From Octopus bimaculoides (lineage: Eukaryota): a stretch of 64,000 nucleotides of DNA. Every line of letters begins with the position of its first letter. The first letter of the stretch is position 1. Shown in pieces: positions 36,956-49,225 of this stretch. The notes beneath the pieces are model-generated. The model ran no database searches. It saw only the letters and a list, made by a program, of their open reading frames with translations, and was not told where the DNA came from. The DNA lies in contig NC_068986.1 of the NCBI RefSeq assembly GCF_001194135.2, forward strand, positions 34,500,704-34,564,703. The letters run 5' to 3'. Position numbers and translations under genes: made by a program.

Positions 36956-37574
36956 ACTTTTATAATACTAATAATATGTTGTTCTTTAACTCAAAGATTA
37001 TACTGATTCAGAGGAAGTTTGAATCAAAGATGCTCTAGCTGTGACCAGCTCATCTTTTAATCTGACATTGTGTATCTAGGACTATATTGTCCATTGTGTT
37101 TTTCTCTTTTTAAAAAAAAAAAAAATTTTTTTTTTTAAAAATTCCAGACTGTAAAAGAGATCAAATGAATAAGCACACAGAAACAGCCTCATCTCGTTAG
37201 CTTGTAATCAATACCAGTAACACAGCTACTATCAGCTGATTGTGTAGAGGCTCTCTCATTTGGTTATTGTTGTTTATAGCTCCTGGTCAGATTTGATCAT
37301 GCAGACCTGTGAATGAACGATGACAGTTATCTTAGCAGTCAATACTGTGCACTCCTTATATATCAATTTCTGCTTTAGATACATGGTGAAGTTTAAATGG
37401 TTTATAGACGTGGGGAATGTGTGAGGTTTTATATTTAGTTAATTTGTGTCCCAGTTTGTTCCAAATTTAGGAGGTCAGGTTGTTGGTGGTCTGAATTTAG
37501 AACAAAATTAGATATTATAGGTGGAGGTATTTACTGCAATTCCTGCCAGTTTTGTCATCTATATTGTGTTGTAT

Positions 37575-37795
37575 TCCTTTTGCATTTAAACTGACCATAT
37601 GAGGTCCAAATATCTTACTGGCTTTAAGTTTAAACTGGTCTGATCTAGCCTCTCACACCTGCCCTACAATGTCATTCTAAAAATAATTAGCGACACCATC
37701 AAAATCTTGACGCTTCAAGATATTGCATGATTAATTCGCAAAATGATCTGAATAGATATATGCATTATATTTGAGACAGTAATCTGAAGGCTAAC
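37575..37795 (-). mobile_element. piggyBac-like MITE family F, degenerate
   Basis: GATCTAGCCTCTCACACCTGCCCTACAATGTCATTCTAAAAAT is the reverse complement of segments in 51775-52188. Confidence 0.65.
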
Positions 37796-37798
37796 ATG

Positions 37799-37843
<45 letters not shown>

Positions 37844-38461
37844 ATATATATACACATATATATGCATATATAGGTATAGGATGTCACCAACTCCTCATCT
37901 GCTTGAAATGAGGAGTCGATAGACAGTCAACAACTGATGAAAGGTCGTTCTTTGTGCTACTTGTCCTGTCTTCCAATTTTTTTTCTCTTGTTTGCTTAAC
38001 TCGTTTGTTTTCGTACTTCATGTTGTTTACTGTTGGTGACGTCCTTGGCTCATTACACTTTGAGCTCAAAGCTTGCTGAGGTCAACTCTGCTGTTTGTCT
38101 TACCATAATCTATAAAATTACTACCAGTCATGTATGGAGGTTGATATAATTGATTATATTTCCTTCTCAAATTTCTTGACATATACCTATGTTAGAAATC
38201 ATTATTATAGAAATAAGTTGTGCTTTACAAGAATTCCTGAGTTCAAATCTTGCTAGTGTTTTGCTCTTTCATTTTTCTCTAGTTGCTACAATAAATACCA
38301 TCAACTTCAAGGGTCAATATAATCAACTATATCAACCCTTCATAAATGTCTCTTTGTGCCTGTTAAAAATTATGTATTACTTTATTTTAGTTCATATTGT
38401 TTCTGGTAAAAAGGGCAACACCATATCTTTAGTCGGTCCTCCTACACTTATCATCATCCTT

Positions 38462-38636
38462 GTCATCATTTAACATCTGTTTTCCTAGGTTGGATGGTTC
38501 GACAAAAGGTGTGAACCAGAGAACCGCACTAAATGTTCATTTTGGCATGTGATTGGATGCCCTTCCAAATAATGCCAACCAGCTTATAGAGTGTGCTGAG
38601 TACATTTTATGTGGCGCCAGCACTAGTGAGGTCACC
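38462..38636 (-). mobile_element. Family D, degenerate
   Basis: CATCATTTAACATCTGTTTTCC...GGATGCCCTTCC...AATGCCAACC...TTTTATGTGGCGCC. Confidence 0.7.
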
Positions 38637-39017
38637 AAGTCACAAGACAAGATAAAGAGCAATAAAGGAGTGGAAGCATACTATTGAAAATTAATATTCT
38701 TTTANNNNNNNNNNNNNNNNNNNNNNNNNNNNNNNNNNNNNNNNNNNNNNNNNNNNNNNNNNNNNNNNNNNNNNNNNNNNNNNNNNNNNNNNNNNNNNNN
38801 NNNNNNNNNNNNNNNNNNNNNNNNNNNNNNNNNNNNNNNNNNNNNNNNNNNNNNNNNNNNNNNNNNNNNNNNNNNNNNNNNNNNNNNNNNNNNNNNNNNN
38901 NNNNNNNNNNNNNNNNNNNNNNNNNNNNNNNNNNNNNNNNNNNNNNNNNNNNNNNNNNNNNNNNNNNNNNNNNNNNNNNNNNNNNNNNNNNNNNNNNNNN
39001 NNNNNNNNNNNNNNNNN

Positions 39018-39322
39018 CCACAGGACTTATCCTTTGTAAGCCTAGTTCTTATTCTATCGGTCTTTTTTTGCCAAACTGCTAAGTTATGGGGATGAAAACA
39101 AATCAACATCAGTTGTCAAGCATTGGTGGGAGGACAAACACAGACACACAAATATATATATATGTACATGATAGGCTTCTTTCAGTTTCCGTCTATCAAA
39201 TCCACTCACAAGGCTTTGGTTGGCCTAAGGCTATAGTAGAAGACAATTGCCCAAGGTGCCACGCAGCAGGACTGAACCTGGAACTGTGTGGTTGGGAAGC
39301 AAGCTTCTTACCACACAACCAC
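39018..39322 (-). mobile_element. SINE family B (3' end in gap)
   Basis: Reverse complement of head, core and part of the tail. Confidence 0.88.
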
Positions 39323-39356
39323 ATGATATATATTTGCCTATGTGTATATGTGCATG

Positions 39357-39396
<40 letters not shown>

Positions 39397-40088
39397 CGTG
39401 TGTGTGTCTATAAATAATATATATATGGGTGTATGTGTGCGCACGTGTGGGTGTGTGTGTATGTTATATATATGGGTATGTGCACATGTGTATATACACA
39501 CATGCACACGCAAATGTATGTATCATATATAGTTTAATTTAGTCCTTATGCGACAGCTATTTCAAATATTTTCTTTCTTTCTTTCTTTTTTTTTTTTTGA
39601 AATTGTTNNNNNNNNNNNNNNNNNNNNNNNNNNNNNNNNNNNNNNNNNNNNNNNNNNNNNNNNNNNNNNNNNNNNNNNNNNNNNNNNNNNNNNNNNNNNN
39701 NNNNNNNNNNNNNNNAAAAAAAAAAAAAAAAGAAATTATGTGGTAGAATTTCTACTGTTTTATTTGACGTGGTGGTGGTGGTTGAGAGGTACAGAAATTA
39801 TATATATTGTATAACGAGAAAGATAATTCCCACCCCTCTCTCTCCTACTTTCTTTTTTTCTTTTTTTTTTTTATATTGCCTATTTCAGAAATGAACAAAG
39901 CATATTTGAGCAGGACGTCTATTAATGATGGGGCATAATTGGTGTCTTGGTGGATACTAATTTTACAGCTGTTACAGTTAACTTCATCACTGTTCTTTCT
40001 CCTCCATTGCTTCTGGCTAGTCCTGCCTAATTTTGGTCGAATATAGTATTAAGACTGAAAGAAGAAGAAGAAGAAGAAAGAAAAGGAA

Positions 40089-40124
<36 letters not shown>

Positions 40125-40762
40125 AATGCTGATGATGATAAATAGTTGTGTGTGTGTGTGTGTGTGTTCCCCAATCAGTGCTGATGGCTTTCTTTTTCGC
40201 TCACACACCTTCTTTGTAATTATAACACTGTGATGTGAAGGATTATAATTCTATATAATTCTGCATAGTGAGTTTTTTTCCTTCTTTCCTTTCCTCCCTC
40301 CCCCTCTCTCTCGTTCTCTCATTCTCTTTATCTTTGTAATTCCTTGCTGTTCCATTGTAGCATTATATCTTCTTCATCCACTGAACATGATTCTAGCAGA
40401 TTTTGATGATTGAGTTTCTCTTTCAGTTGACAATTACCAAGGCAGCTGTCATTTCATTTCTCTGAGGAATTTCACTTTACACTAACTTTGCCTTGTCAAG
40501 TGAATCTAACAACTTCATGTTTTGTTCTTAAACTGTCTTATGTGCATTTCTGCCGTTTTTTTCTTCTTTTTTTTAGTTCAGGAAATTTATTAAATTTAAC
40601 TGATTAAAAGTAAGTTATTTGTTAGAGTTTGTTTGTTTCACCACACATCTCGTCAATATTTTTCTTTTTACTTGACTCTTTTTTTCATAGAAAGATATTT
40701 TTAATATATCAAAATTGATAATAAACAATAATAAACCAAGCTTATTATTATTATTATTATTC

Positions 40763-41203
40763 GAAATGCTTGGTGGTATTTTGTCTGTCGCTATGTTCTG
40801 GGTTCAAATTCCACCGAGGTCGACTTTGCCTTTCATCTTTTTGGGGTCGATTAGATAAGTACCAGTTACACTCTGGGGTCGATGTAATTGATTTAATCTC
40901 TTCCCCCAAATTTGAAGCCTTGTGCTTCCAATAGAAAGAATTACTGTTGTTGTTTTTGTTGTTGTTGTTATTATTATTATTGTTGTTAAGTGGTCAGCTG
41001 GTAGAATTCTTTCTGTGTTGATTAGAATGCTTTGTGGCATTTTGTCCGTCTTTACATTCTGAGTTCAAATTCTACCAAGGTCGACTTTGCCTTTCATCCT
41101 TTCGGGGTCAATAAATTGAGTACCAGTTGCATACTAGGGTTGATGCAATCAACCAGCCTCCTGCCCCCAAATTTCAGATCTTGAACCTATAGTAGAAAGT
41201 ATT
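40763..41203 (+). mobile_element. Two tandem SINE C copies (about 40763-40942 and 40989-41203)
   Basis: Each has GTTCAAATT...GGTCGACTTTGCCTTTCATC and a C2 tail, separated by (TTG/TTA)n. Confidence 0.88.
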
Positions 41204-41308
41204 GTTGTTGTTATTGTTGTTTTATATTGGTGCAAGACCTTGTGTATTGGAAGTGGAGTGTCGTTGATGAAACTGAACTAGTGTTATTGTTATTTATTTC
41301 ATTGTGCT

Positions 41309-41468
41309 GGCATGGGTGGGTGATTTAGAAGTTTGCTTCACAACCACAAGGTTTCAGGTTCAATTTCTCTGCGCAGCACCTTTGGTAAAGTATTTTCTAC
41401 TATAGCCCCACAAACCAACCAATAGCCTTGTAAGTGAATTCAGTAGATAGAAACTGCACAAAGACCGC

Positions 41469-41470
<2 letters not shown>
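41309..41470 (+). mobile_element. SINE family B 5' half, degenerate
   Basis: AAGTTTGCTTCACAACCAC...GCACCTTTGGTAAAGTATTTTCTACTATAGCC...GCCTTGTAAGTGAATT. Confidence 0.7.
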
Positions 41471-41510
<40 letters not shown>

Positions 41511-42194
41511 GTGTGTGTGTGTGTGTATCTTCTGTTCTGAGCATTGCTGGGGATGGTGTTCTCTATTATCATTTCCTGTCAACAGGTTGTCCTGGTACNN
41601 NNNNNNNNNNNNNNNNNNNNNNNNNNNNNNNNNNNNNNNNNNNNNNNNNNNNNNNNNNNNNNNNNNNNNNNNNNNNNNNNNNNNNNNNNNNNNNNNNNNN
41701 NNNNNNNNNNNNNNNNNNNNNNNNNNNNNNNNNNNNNNNNNNNNNNNNNNNNNNNNNNNNNNNNNNNNNNNNNNNNNNNNNNNNNNNNNNNNNNNNNNNN
41801 NNNNNNNNNNNNNNNNNNNNNNNNNNNNNNNNNNNNNNNNNNNNNNNNNNNNNNNNNNNNNNNNNNNNNNNNNNNNNNNNNNNNNNNNNNNNNNNNNNNN
41901 NNNNNNNNNNNNNNNNNNNNNNNNNNNNNNNNNNNNNNNNNNNNNNNNNNNNNNNNNNNNNNNNNNNNNNNNNNNNNNNNNNNNNNNNNNNNNNNNNNNN
42001 NNNNNNNNNNNNNNNNNNNNNNNNNNNNNNNNNNNNNNNNNNNNNNNNNNNNNNNNNNNNNNNNNNNNNNNNNNNNNNNNNNNNNNNNNNNNNNNNNNNN
42101 NNNNNNNNNNNNNNNNNNNNNNNNNNNNNNNNNNNNNNNNNNNNNNNNNNNNNNNNNNNNNNNNNNNNNNNNNNNNNNNNNNNNNNNNNNNNNN

Positions 42195-42519
42195 ATTCCC
42201 AGACCGGGCGTTATGAGTGTTTATTGAGCGAAAACACCTAAAGCTCCACGAGGCTCTGGCAGGGGGTGGTGGCGAACCCTGCTGTACTCTTTCACCACAA
42301 CTTTCTCTCACTCTTTCTTCCTGTTTATATTCTACCTGTAATTCAAAGGGGCCAGCCTTGTCACACTCTGTGTCATGCTGAATATCCCCGAGAACTACGT
42401 TAAGGGTACACGTGTCTGTGGAGTGCTCAGCCACTTGCACGTTAATTTCACGAGCAGGCTGTTCCGTTGATCGGATCAACTGGAACCCTCGGCGTCGTAA
42501 GCGACGGAGTGCCAACAAC
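42195..42519 (+). mobile_element. SINE family A (head partly in gap)
   Basis: Collinear with 2300-2610; ends GCGACGGAGTGCCAACAAC. Confidence 0.9.
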
Positions 42520-43095
42520 TTGTATTTACTGGTGACGACAGATTTGTAAGTTAACCTTGATGTACCTTTATGTACCTTTATGGTTCTATATATCAGGTAC
42601 AAGTTTGCTGTGTTAAAATTATTATTTTTATACTACTTAGGTAGTATTGGTCATGGTTAAGTGTAGAATTTCCACTGAAATTTTGCTCTGGCAGTAACTT
42701 ATTCAATTTAAAAGTTAATTTTTTTTTATTCAGTACTCTGTTAATTAGTCCGATCCTCTTTTGCTGCTATGTAACAAGCTATTAAATATGTTTATCTGAT
42801 TAAGTTACTTGTTATATTGCATTGTTTAACAAATTGGGTTTGTTTTTAATTTTCTGTTTCACATAATTCTTGGAAATACACTCAACTTGCTACATTGAAG
42901 ATTGTTGCTGGGTCTGTTGTGGAAGCTTTTATTTTTTTTTATTTGTTTCTAAATCAGGATAAATATGTCACACTTGTGCTCCTGTAATATATGATTTCTA
43001 ACATAAAAACTATGTTGGTATCCAGTGTAATTCTGTCAAAGAAAAAAATGAGGAAATCCTATCTTGGAATGGTATTTTTGTAGAGGTTAGGTTAA

Positions 43096-43316
43096 TTAAC
43101 CCTTTTGATACCAAACAACCTAGTCAGCTGCTATAATTTCTATAAAGCAAACAAAATTTCTTTAAAGTAACTGAAATTAAAACCTTTTGTTAATTTATAT
43201 TCCAAATGCCAACCTAATTATGACAAAGTTATTTTACTAAATTCCTCATTATTTTCAAAATCAATTGAAACAAAAGCAGTTGTATATCAACAGAAATATT
43301 ACATCGAAAGTGTTAA
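43096..43316. mobile_element. piggyBac-like MITE family E, opposite orientation to 11964
   Basis: TTAA|CCCTTTTGATACC...ATCGAAAGTG|TTAA with an intact TTAA duplication. Confidence 0.75.
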
Positions 43317-43332
43317 AGAATAACCACACAAC

Positions 43333-43680
43333 CAGGGCTGGATTAAGACCCATCGAAACCCTAAGCACTTAAAAGATTTTGGTGCCCCCATAAAAGATTA
43401 TGTAATTCAAAATAGAAACAACAACAAACCATAAAATAAATTTTTATTTTTCAAAACGAAACGAAATAATAAGAGGGAAAATAATGTTTATTTTTGTATA
43501 CTTTCACTTTATTTATATTTGAAAAGTTTCCGCCTACTTTTTTGAATTGCAAAGTCTTTGATCAGATCCTCAAAATTAATCTTAGGTAACACATCTGCAT
43601 CTATACTTAGCAGAGGTAAAGGCATCCTGAATATTATTTTAGCAAGTTTAAAGTGATTTCTTTTGTGCCGTAAACCATTT
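43333..43680 (-). pseudogene. hAT transposon 3' end with transposase C-terminal remnant
   Basis: Terminus CAGGGCTGGATTAAGACC. The minus frame gives LPLLSIDADVLPKINFEDLIKDFAIQKSRRK, matching the end of the hAT C-terminal dimerisation region. Confidence 0.75.
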
Positions 43681-44475
43681 ACCATTTCTGTGGTGCCCCC
43701 TCCCTCCTTTGATGACCTAAGCATATGCTTATTTTGCTTATTGGTTAATTTAGCGCTGCATACAACCATACTGATTTTACGCTAACTGGAATTCCTTAAC
43801 TTTCTGGTTTATTCATGTCAGATGCTGGGGTTATTTAGCTAGAGTTTACTTCCTCCAGATTTTGCATAAACCAAGTCAATTATGGATAATTCAACAGCTT
43901 ATTGATTGATCGCTCACTATAAAGTGATAAAATTGAAATTATAGAGAAGTATGTCTGAAATGTAAATTTAAATCGAAATTCAATAAATGATAAGTTACTG
44001 AACATTCAATTTTCATTTAACTAAAAAAAAAAAATTTTTTTTTAAAATAAAATTCTGTTCACAGTTATGATTGGGTCATATTTACAGCTTCTAGATTCCT
44101 AGATTGATAATTGTTGTTGTTAAGCAGCATTGAGTTGGCCCAGTTGGGTAGATTTATGAATAGAGGTTTTCCTGATGTGACCAACACATCTTACATTGTC
44201 ATTGTGTAACTAGGAGTACAAGATCTCTTAGGTTCTTTTTTTTTTTTTTTTTCCATAATGTAGCATATATAGTTTGAGGAAATTATGACTGCTACATCAG
44301 ATTAAGTCTTTACGTACAAATGTGGGTGAGTGCGTGAGTGTAAGACATGGGCAAAGAAAGAAAGAAAAGAAAGACTGGAGTTTTCTCTCTTTACGTTACG
44401 AAGAGTAATGAATTTTTCTGATCAGTAGTTTTCCAGTAATTTTCTGCTATTGATTAATATGAAATGAGACTTAAA

Positions 44476-44479
<4 letters not shown>

Positions 44480-44527
<48 letters not shown>

Positions 44528-44552
44528 CCATTATAATTATTATTATTATTGT
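44480..44552. repeat. (ATC)n/(ATT)n microsatellite
   Basis: Directly visible. Confidence 0.9.
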
Positions 44553-45250
44553 TGCTATTTCTGGTTTACTCATTGTTTATAAGGGGAACCCACACTCCAC
44601 CCTTTTGACCTCCCTGTCCACCCCCACCGCACCCCACCCCACCCCACACACTCATAGACAATGTTCGTGTTATTTATATTTACTGGTGTTGCCATTAAGT
44701 GGTCCAGATTAATTTTTTTAATAAGAAAACATAGCAGGATGTTAACTAAAATATTGCAAACACAGAGAGAGAGAGAATAAAGGTTTTTTTTCCCGTCCCT
44801 CTTTGTTTTTACTTTGTGTGTGTGTGTGTGTGTGTGTGTGATGATTGTCAAAAGCAATAACCCAGTTGGAAAGTACTTGGTAAACTTGATGTTTGCCAGC
44901 ACTTATTGATGCCTGAACCAACGGACATAGAACGCAGTTCATTCTTAGGAAATAATGACAGATATGTTGGTGTTTTTATATGGCTATCAGATCTAGCATA
45001 CATGTATTTAACTGCTTTTATTGCAATCAGAGCTACATTGCCTAAGAGACTTTCGTGTGTATGTAGGCAGTTGATGGTGTACACATGCTCACATACATAC
45101 ATGCATGCATGCATACACACAAACACACACACACACACACACAACGCACATATCATACTTACACTTGAACACATTCACATATACAAAAACAATTGTCTTT
45201 GCATGCATAGACACAAATGCTTTATGCTGAGATGCAAACATGCGCACACA

Positions 45251-45294
<44 letters not shown>

Positions 45295-46279
45295 CACTCA
45301 CTCTTTGTCGTCAATGCAGGGACCAGTTGTTAATTGGTCTTGAGATTAGAAGAATCCGTCTCCATAGCAGATGATCAATAATGATACTAAAGGATTAGGA
45401 AACTGTTCGGTGATGGTGATGGTGATGGTGGTGGTGGTGTAGAGGTGGTGGATGAGGTGTAGTATGAATTATTAGATGGTTTATTTAAATGGTTTTACTG
45501 GAAACAATATTCAGACAAACACTGATAGTGTAGCGGTGGGGAGTTGCAGGGTGAACAGGTATAAGGTGTGGGGTGTTGGTATCGGAAAGGGGGTGGGGGT
45601 AGCAAAAGCTGTGCATACCAACCAGTTGGCCTGCAGCCGTTTACATAAGGTTAGGTTTAAATCTATAGTTCACCAGTAGAACACTGCTAGCGCCATCTTC
45701 TCTCTCCTTCTTGTTGTAGTGTAATGAAGTAGCTGACACAGTTGGGTCTATAATGTAATCCTTCTTCCTGATAGAAAGTGTGTGTGTGTGTTTATAAGCG
45801 TATATCAGTTTCTACATACTTTTAGACATGTGCACAAATATGCAAGTGCAAACGCATGCAATAGTTACCAATTTCACAGCAAAGCTCATATGAACGACAT
45901 GCGCATACATACACAACAGCCATCAAATGCCAGTGTTAAGCTAATTTTTTCCATCAAAATCCAGTGAGGATCATCTCTATGGATCTCTATGGATCCTTTC
46001 ATGAATGTTCATCCCAATCCTTGATATGCAACTTCAGTTCCAGATGGGACGTATAAATTTTTAGTTAGAGAGTCCTGTTGTTACCCAGAGTACATTGCCT
46101 CTTTTCTTGCTTCTCATTTTATATATCTTCAGTTCCTTTTCAGCTTTGGAGCAGCCACAATGAATGGCACACTTTCGAACAAATTGATATTGTTTCACTT
46201 CAAAAGGCTGTCTAGCTGGTCTTTGAATCACTTCTTTAGACCTCCATCTATGTATTAGCTTTTGCCATCCCATATGATT

Positions 46280-46656
46280 ACAGACGTAAATAGCACCATT
46301 TGAGCGTGATCGTTATCAACGTCACCTTCCTGGAACTTGTGCCAGTGGCACGTGAAAAGACATTCGAGCGAGATCGTTGCCAGTGCCGCCGAACTGGCTC
46401 CTGTGCAGGTGGCACGTAAAATACACCATTTTGAGCGTGGCCGTTGCCAGTACCTCCTGACTGGCCTTTGTGCCGGTGGCACGTAAAAACACTTACTACA
46501 CTCTCAGAGTGGTTGGCATTAGGAAGGGCATCCAGCTGTAGAAACTCTGCCATATCAGATTGGAGCCTGGTGTAGCCATCTGGTTTCACCAGTCCTCAGT
46601 CAAATCGTCCAACCCATGCTAGCATGGAAAGTGGACGTTAAACGACAAGGACGACG
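46280..46656 (+). mobile_element. Family D1, longest copy, with three approximately 63-bp 5' tandem units
   Basis: Units start at GCACGT(A/G)AAA; the D body and tail follow. Confidence 0.85.
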
Positions 46657-47454
46657 TAGTGTTGATTCAAAGCTGCTGGTGTTGTTGGTTCAATGAAAGA
46701 TTTTAATCCTATTTCTCAAGATGATTGGAATAAATAAAAACATAAGCTGTTAAAGACCTTCAGTTTCTTAATGTAAGTGCTGAATATAGTCTACGTCTCT
46801 TGCTCATACAAGAAAGGAAATACAGAATGCCCAGTAGCACAGAACCTGCATAAGGCAGCTGTAACTGTTGTTTAGAACCCTTTCTTAGACTTCCAAAAGA
46901 TTCATAAGCCTTTCTAAGTTGTTTAGAAGGTGTTTAGCTGTAAGGAAACCTGGCAGAAGTCTTAGGAGGGAAGAGTTTATATGCTGACAGGGAGGACTCA
47001 TTCATTAGACTTGCTTCCCAGTTCACTACATGGACCAGCCTAGTTACTGGCGGTGAACTGTAAGAGTGCTGCATGCACTAGAAACACACACGCGCACACC
47101 ACCTAACACATACATGGCTAAAAAAAAAAAAAAAATCCACAATACCTTATGTGCATACACAGCTGAAAACCTAATACATGCACATACATGTGTGTGTGTT
47201 AGCTTTATATTGGAGTTAGTCCTACCTCCTTCTCTTCCATCTTTTCCCTGCATTTCGACAGCTCTTTTGCAAGAAGAGGGTTGGCTGGATTGAGAAAGTA
47301 GTTTAGTGAGTGCAGAACAACAGGTGTTTTGAGTGCTAGGTGATGGTCTGCTTCAGTCTTTTCTTTCTGTTACAATCACCATTAAGGTTGGATGTTTGTT
47401 ATGGCCATAGTGCAGAGTCCATTTTTTATTTAATTATTTATTTACCTTCTTCCT

Positions 47455-47512
<58 letters not shown>

Positions 47513-48289
47513 NNNNNNNNNNNNNNNNNNNNNNNNNNNNNNNNNNNNNNNNNNNNNNNNNNNNNNNNNNNNNNNNNNNNNNNNNNNNNNNNNNNNNNNN
47601 NNNNNNNNNNNNNNNNNNNNNNNNNNNNNNNNNNNNNNNNNNNNNNNNNNNNNNNNNNNNNNNNNNNNNNNNNNNNNNNNNNNNNNNNNNNNNNNNNNNN
47701 NNNNNNNNNNNNNNNNNNNNNNNNNNNNNNNNNNNNNNNNNNNNNNNNNNNNNNNNNNNNNNNNNNNNNNNNNNNNNNNNNNNNNNNNNNNNNNNNNNNN
47801 NNNNNNNNNNNNNNNNNNNNNNNNNNNNNNNNNNNNNNNNNNNNNNNNNNNNNNNNNNNNNNNNNNNNNNNNNNNNNNNNNNNNNNNNNNNNNNNNNNNN
47901 NNNNNNNNNNNNNNNNNNNNNNNNNNNNNNNNNNNNNNNNNNNNNNNNNNNNNNNNNNNNNNNNNNNNNNNNNNNNNNNNNNNNNNNNNNNNNNNNNNNN
48001 NNNNNNNNNNNNNNNNNNNNNNNNNNNNNNNNNNNNNNNNNNNNNNNNNNNNNNNNNNNNNNNNNNNNNNNNNNNNNNNNNNNNNNNNNNNNNNNNNNNN
48101 NNNNNNNNNNNNNNNNNNNNNNNNNNNNNNNNNNNNNNNNNNNNNNNNNNNNNNNNNNNNNNNNNNNNNNNNNNNNNNNNNNNNNNNNNNNNNNNNNNNN
48201 NNNNNNNATTGATATTAATTAATATCCAATTTTTTACCCTATTCTTTAATTTTTATATATATATATATACACACACACACACCCTTGTG

Positions 48290-48560
48290 CTACAAAACCC
48301 TCCATGACACTCCATTCGCTTTTTCACTTTGGCACATCCACCACTACATTATATATCTCCTCCACTACAACACCAACGACCCACCCACACCAATTCTTCC
48401 CCCACCCCCACTACATTGTACTACCACCACCACTGTCGCTGCATCTACACCCAATTTATTCTCAATTACACTACACAACATTTACCAACAAACTTCATAT
48501 ATTCCAACTAACAACAGCCATCACTGCTCCCACTATGGTGCTTATACTCCTTTACAATTA
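48290..48560. repeat. C/A-rich low-complexity tract (degenerate CCA/CTA triplets)
   Basis: Directly visible; its ORFs are compositional. Confidence 0.7.
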
Positions 48561-48648
48561 CTCCGACCCCGTTTATATTTATCTAGCTATCACCTTTAAT
48601 TACCTCTGGTTTTTCTTTCATTTGAGTTTTTTTCCAATGTAATTTTGT

Positions 48649-48812
48649 GCAGGCATGGCTGTGTGGTAAGAAGTTTCCTTCCCAACCCTATGATTCTGAG
48701 TTCAATCCTACTTTAGAGAAGTGTCATCTACTACAGAAGTGTCATCTACTACAGACCTGGGCTGGTCAAATCTTCGTTAGCAAATTTGGTAGCTGAAACT
48801 GAAAGAAGCTAC
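48649..48812 (+). mobile_element. SINE family B head with an internal 18-bp tandem duplication
   Basis: GCAGGCATGGCTGTGTGGTAAGAAG head; AGAAGTGTCATCTACTAC occurs twice. Confidence 0.8.
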
Positions 48813-49225
48813 CAGTGCCATGTAAAAAGTGCTGGTGTCACATAAAAAATACTGGTGGTGGAGGTGGTGGTGCCATATAAAATGCACAGTTGATGGTGGC
48901 ACTGGTGCTGGTGCCATGTAAAAAGCAGTAGTAATGGTACCTCATCAAAATGCATTGGTGCCACATAAAAAGCACTGATGATGGCATTATGTAAAAAGCA
49001 CTGATAATGGTGCCACATAAAAATAGCATTGGTGATGGTGCTATGTAAAAACACCCAGTACACAAAGTGGTTGGCATTGGGTAAGGCATCCAGCTGTAGA
49101 AACCAAGTCAAAACAGGCTATGGAACCTGGTGCAGGGTCCCTGGTCTTGTCGTCTCCTACCAAGCTATCCAACTCGTGACAGCATGGAAAATGGATGTTA
49201 AATGATGATGATGATGATGATGATG
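48813..49225 (+). mobile_element. Family D2 with about nine short 5' repeats
   Basis: GGTGCCAYRTAAAAAGCAC-like units, then GTGGTTGGCATTGGGTAAGGCATCCAGCTGTAGAAACC and a (GAT)n tail. Confidence 0.8.

Noticed and set aside
37890-37916. Short perfect hairpins (also 33353-33373, 35763-35788 and 59106-59128)
   Set aside because: Stems of 7-9 bp are expected by chance in 59 kb, and bacterial-type terminators are not meaningful here.
41400-42602. 400-aa ORF and the other long X-containing ORFs
   Set aside because: They span N-gaps; the real residues come from antisense SINE A or microsatellites.
48813-49070. CRISPR array
   Set aside because: Eukaryotic context, degenerate repeats, short low-complexity spacers of uneven length, no cas genes, and the array is part of repeat family D.
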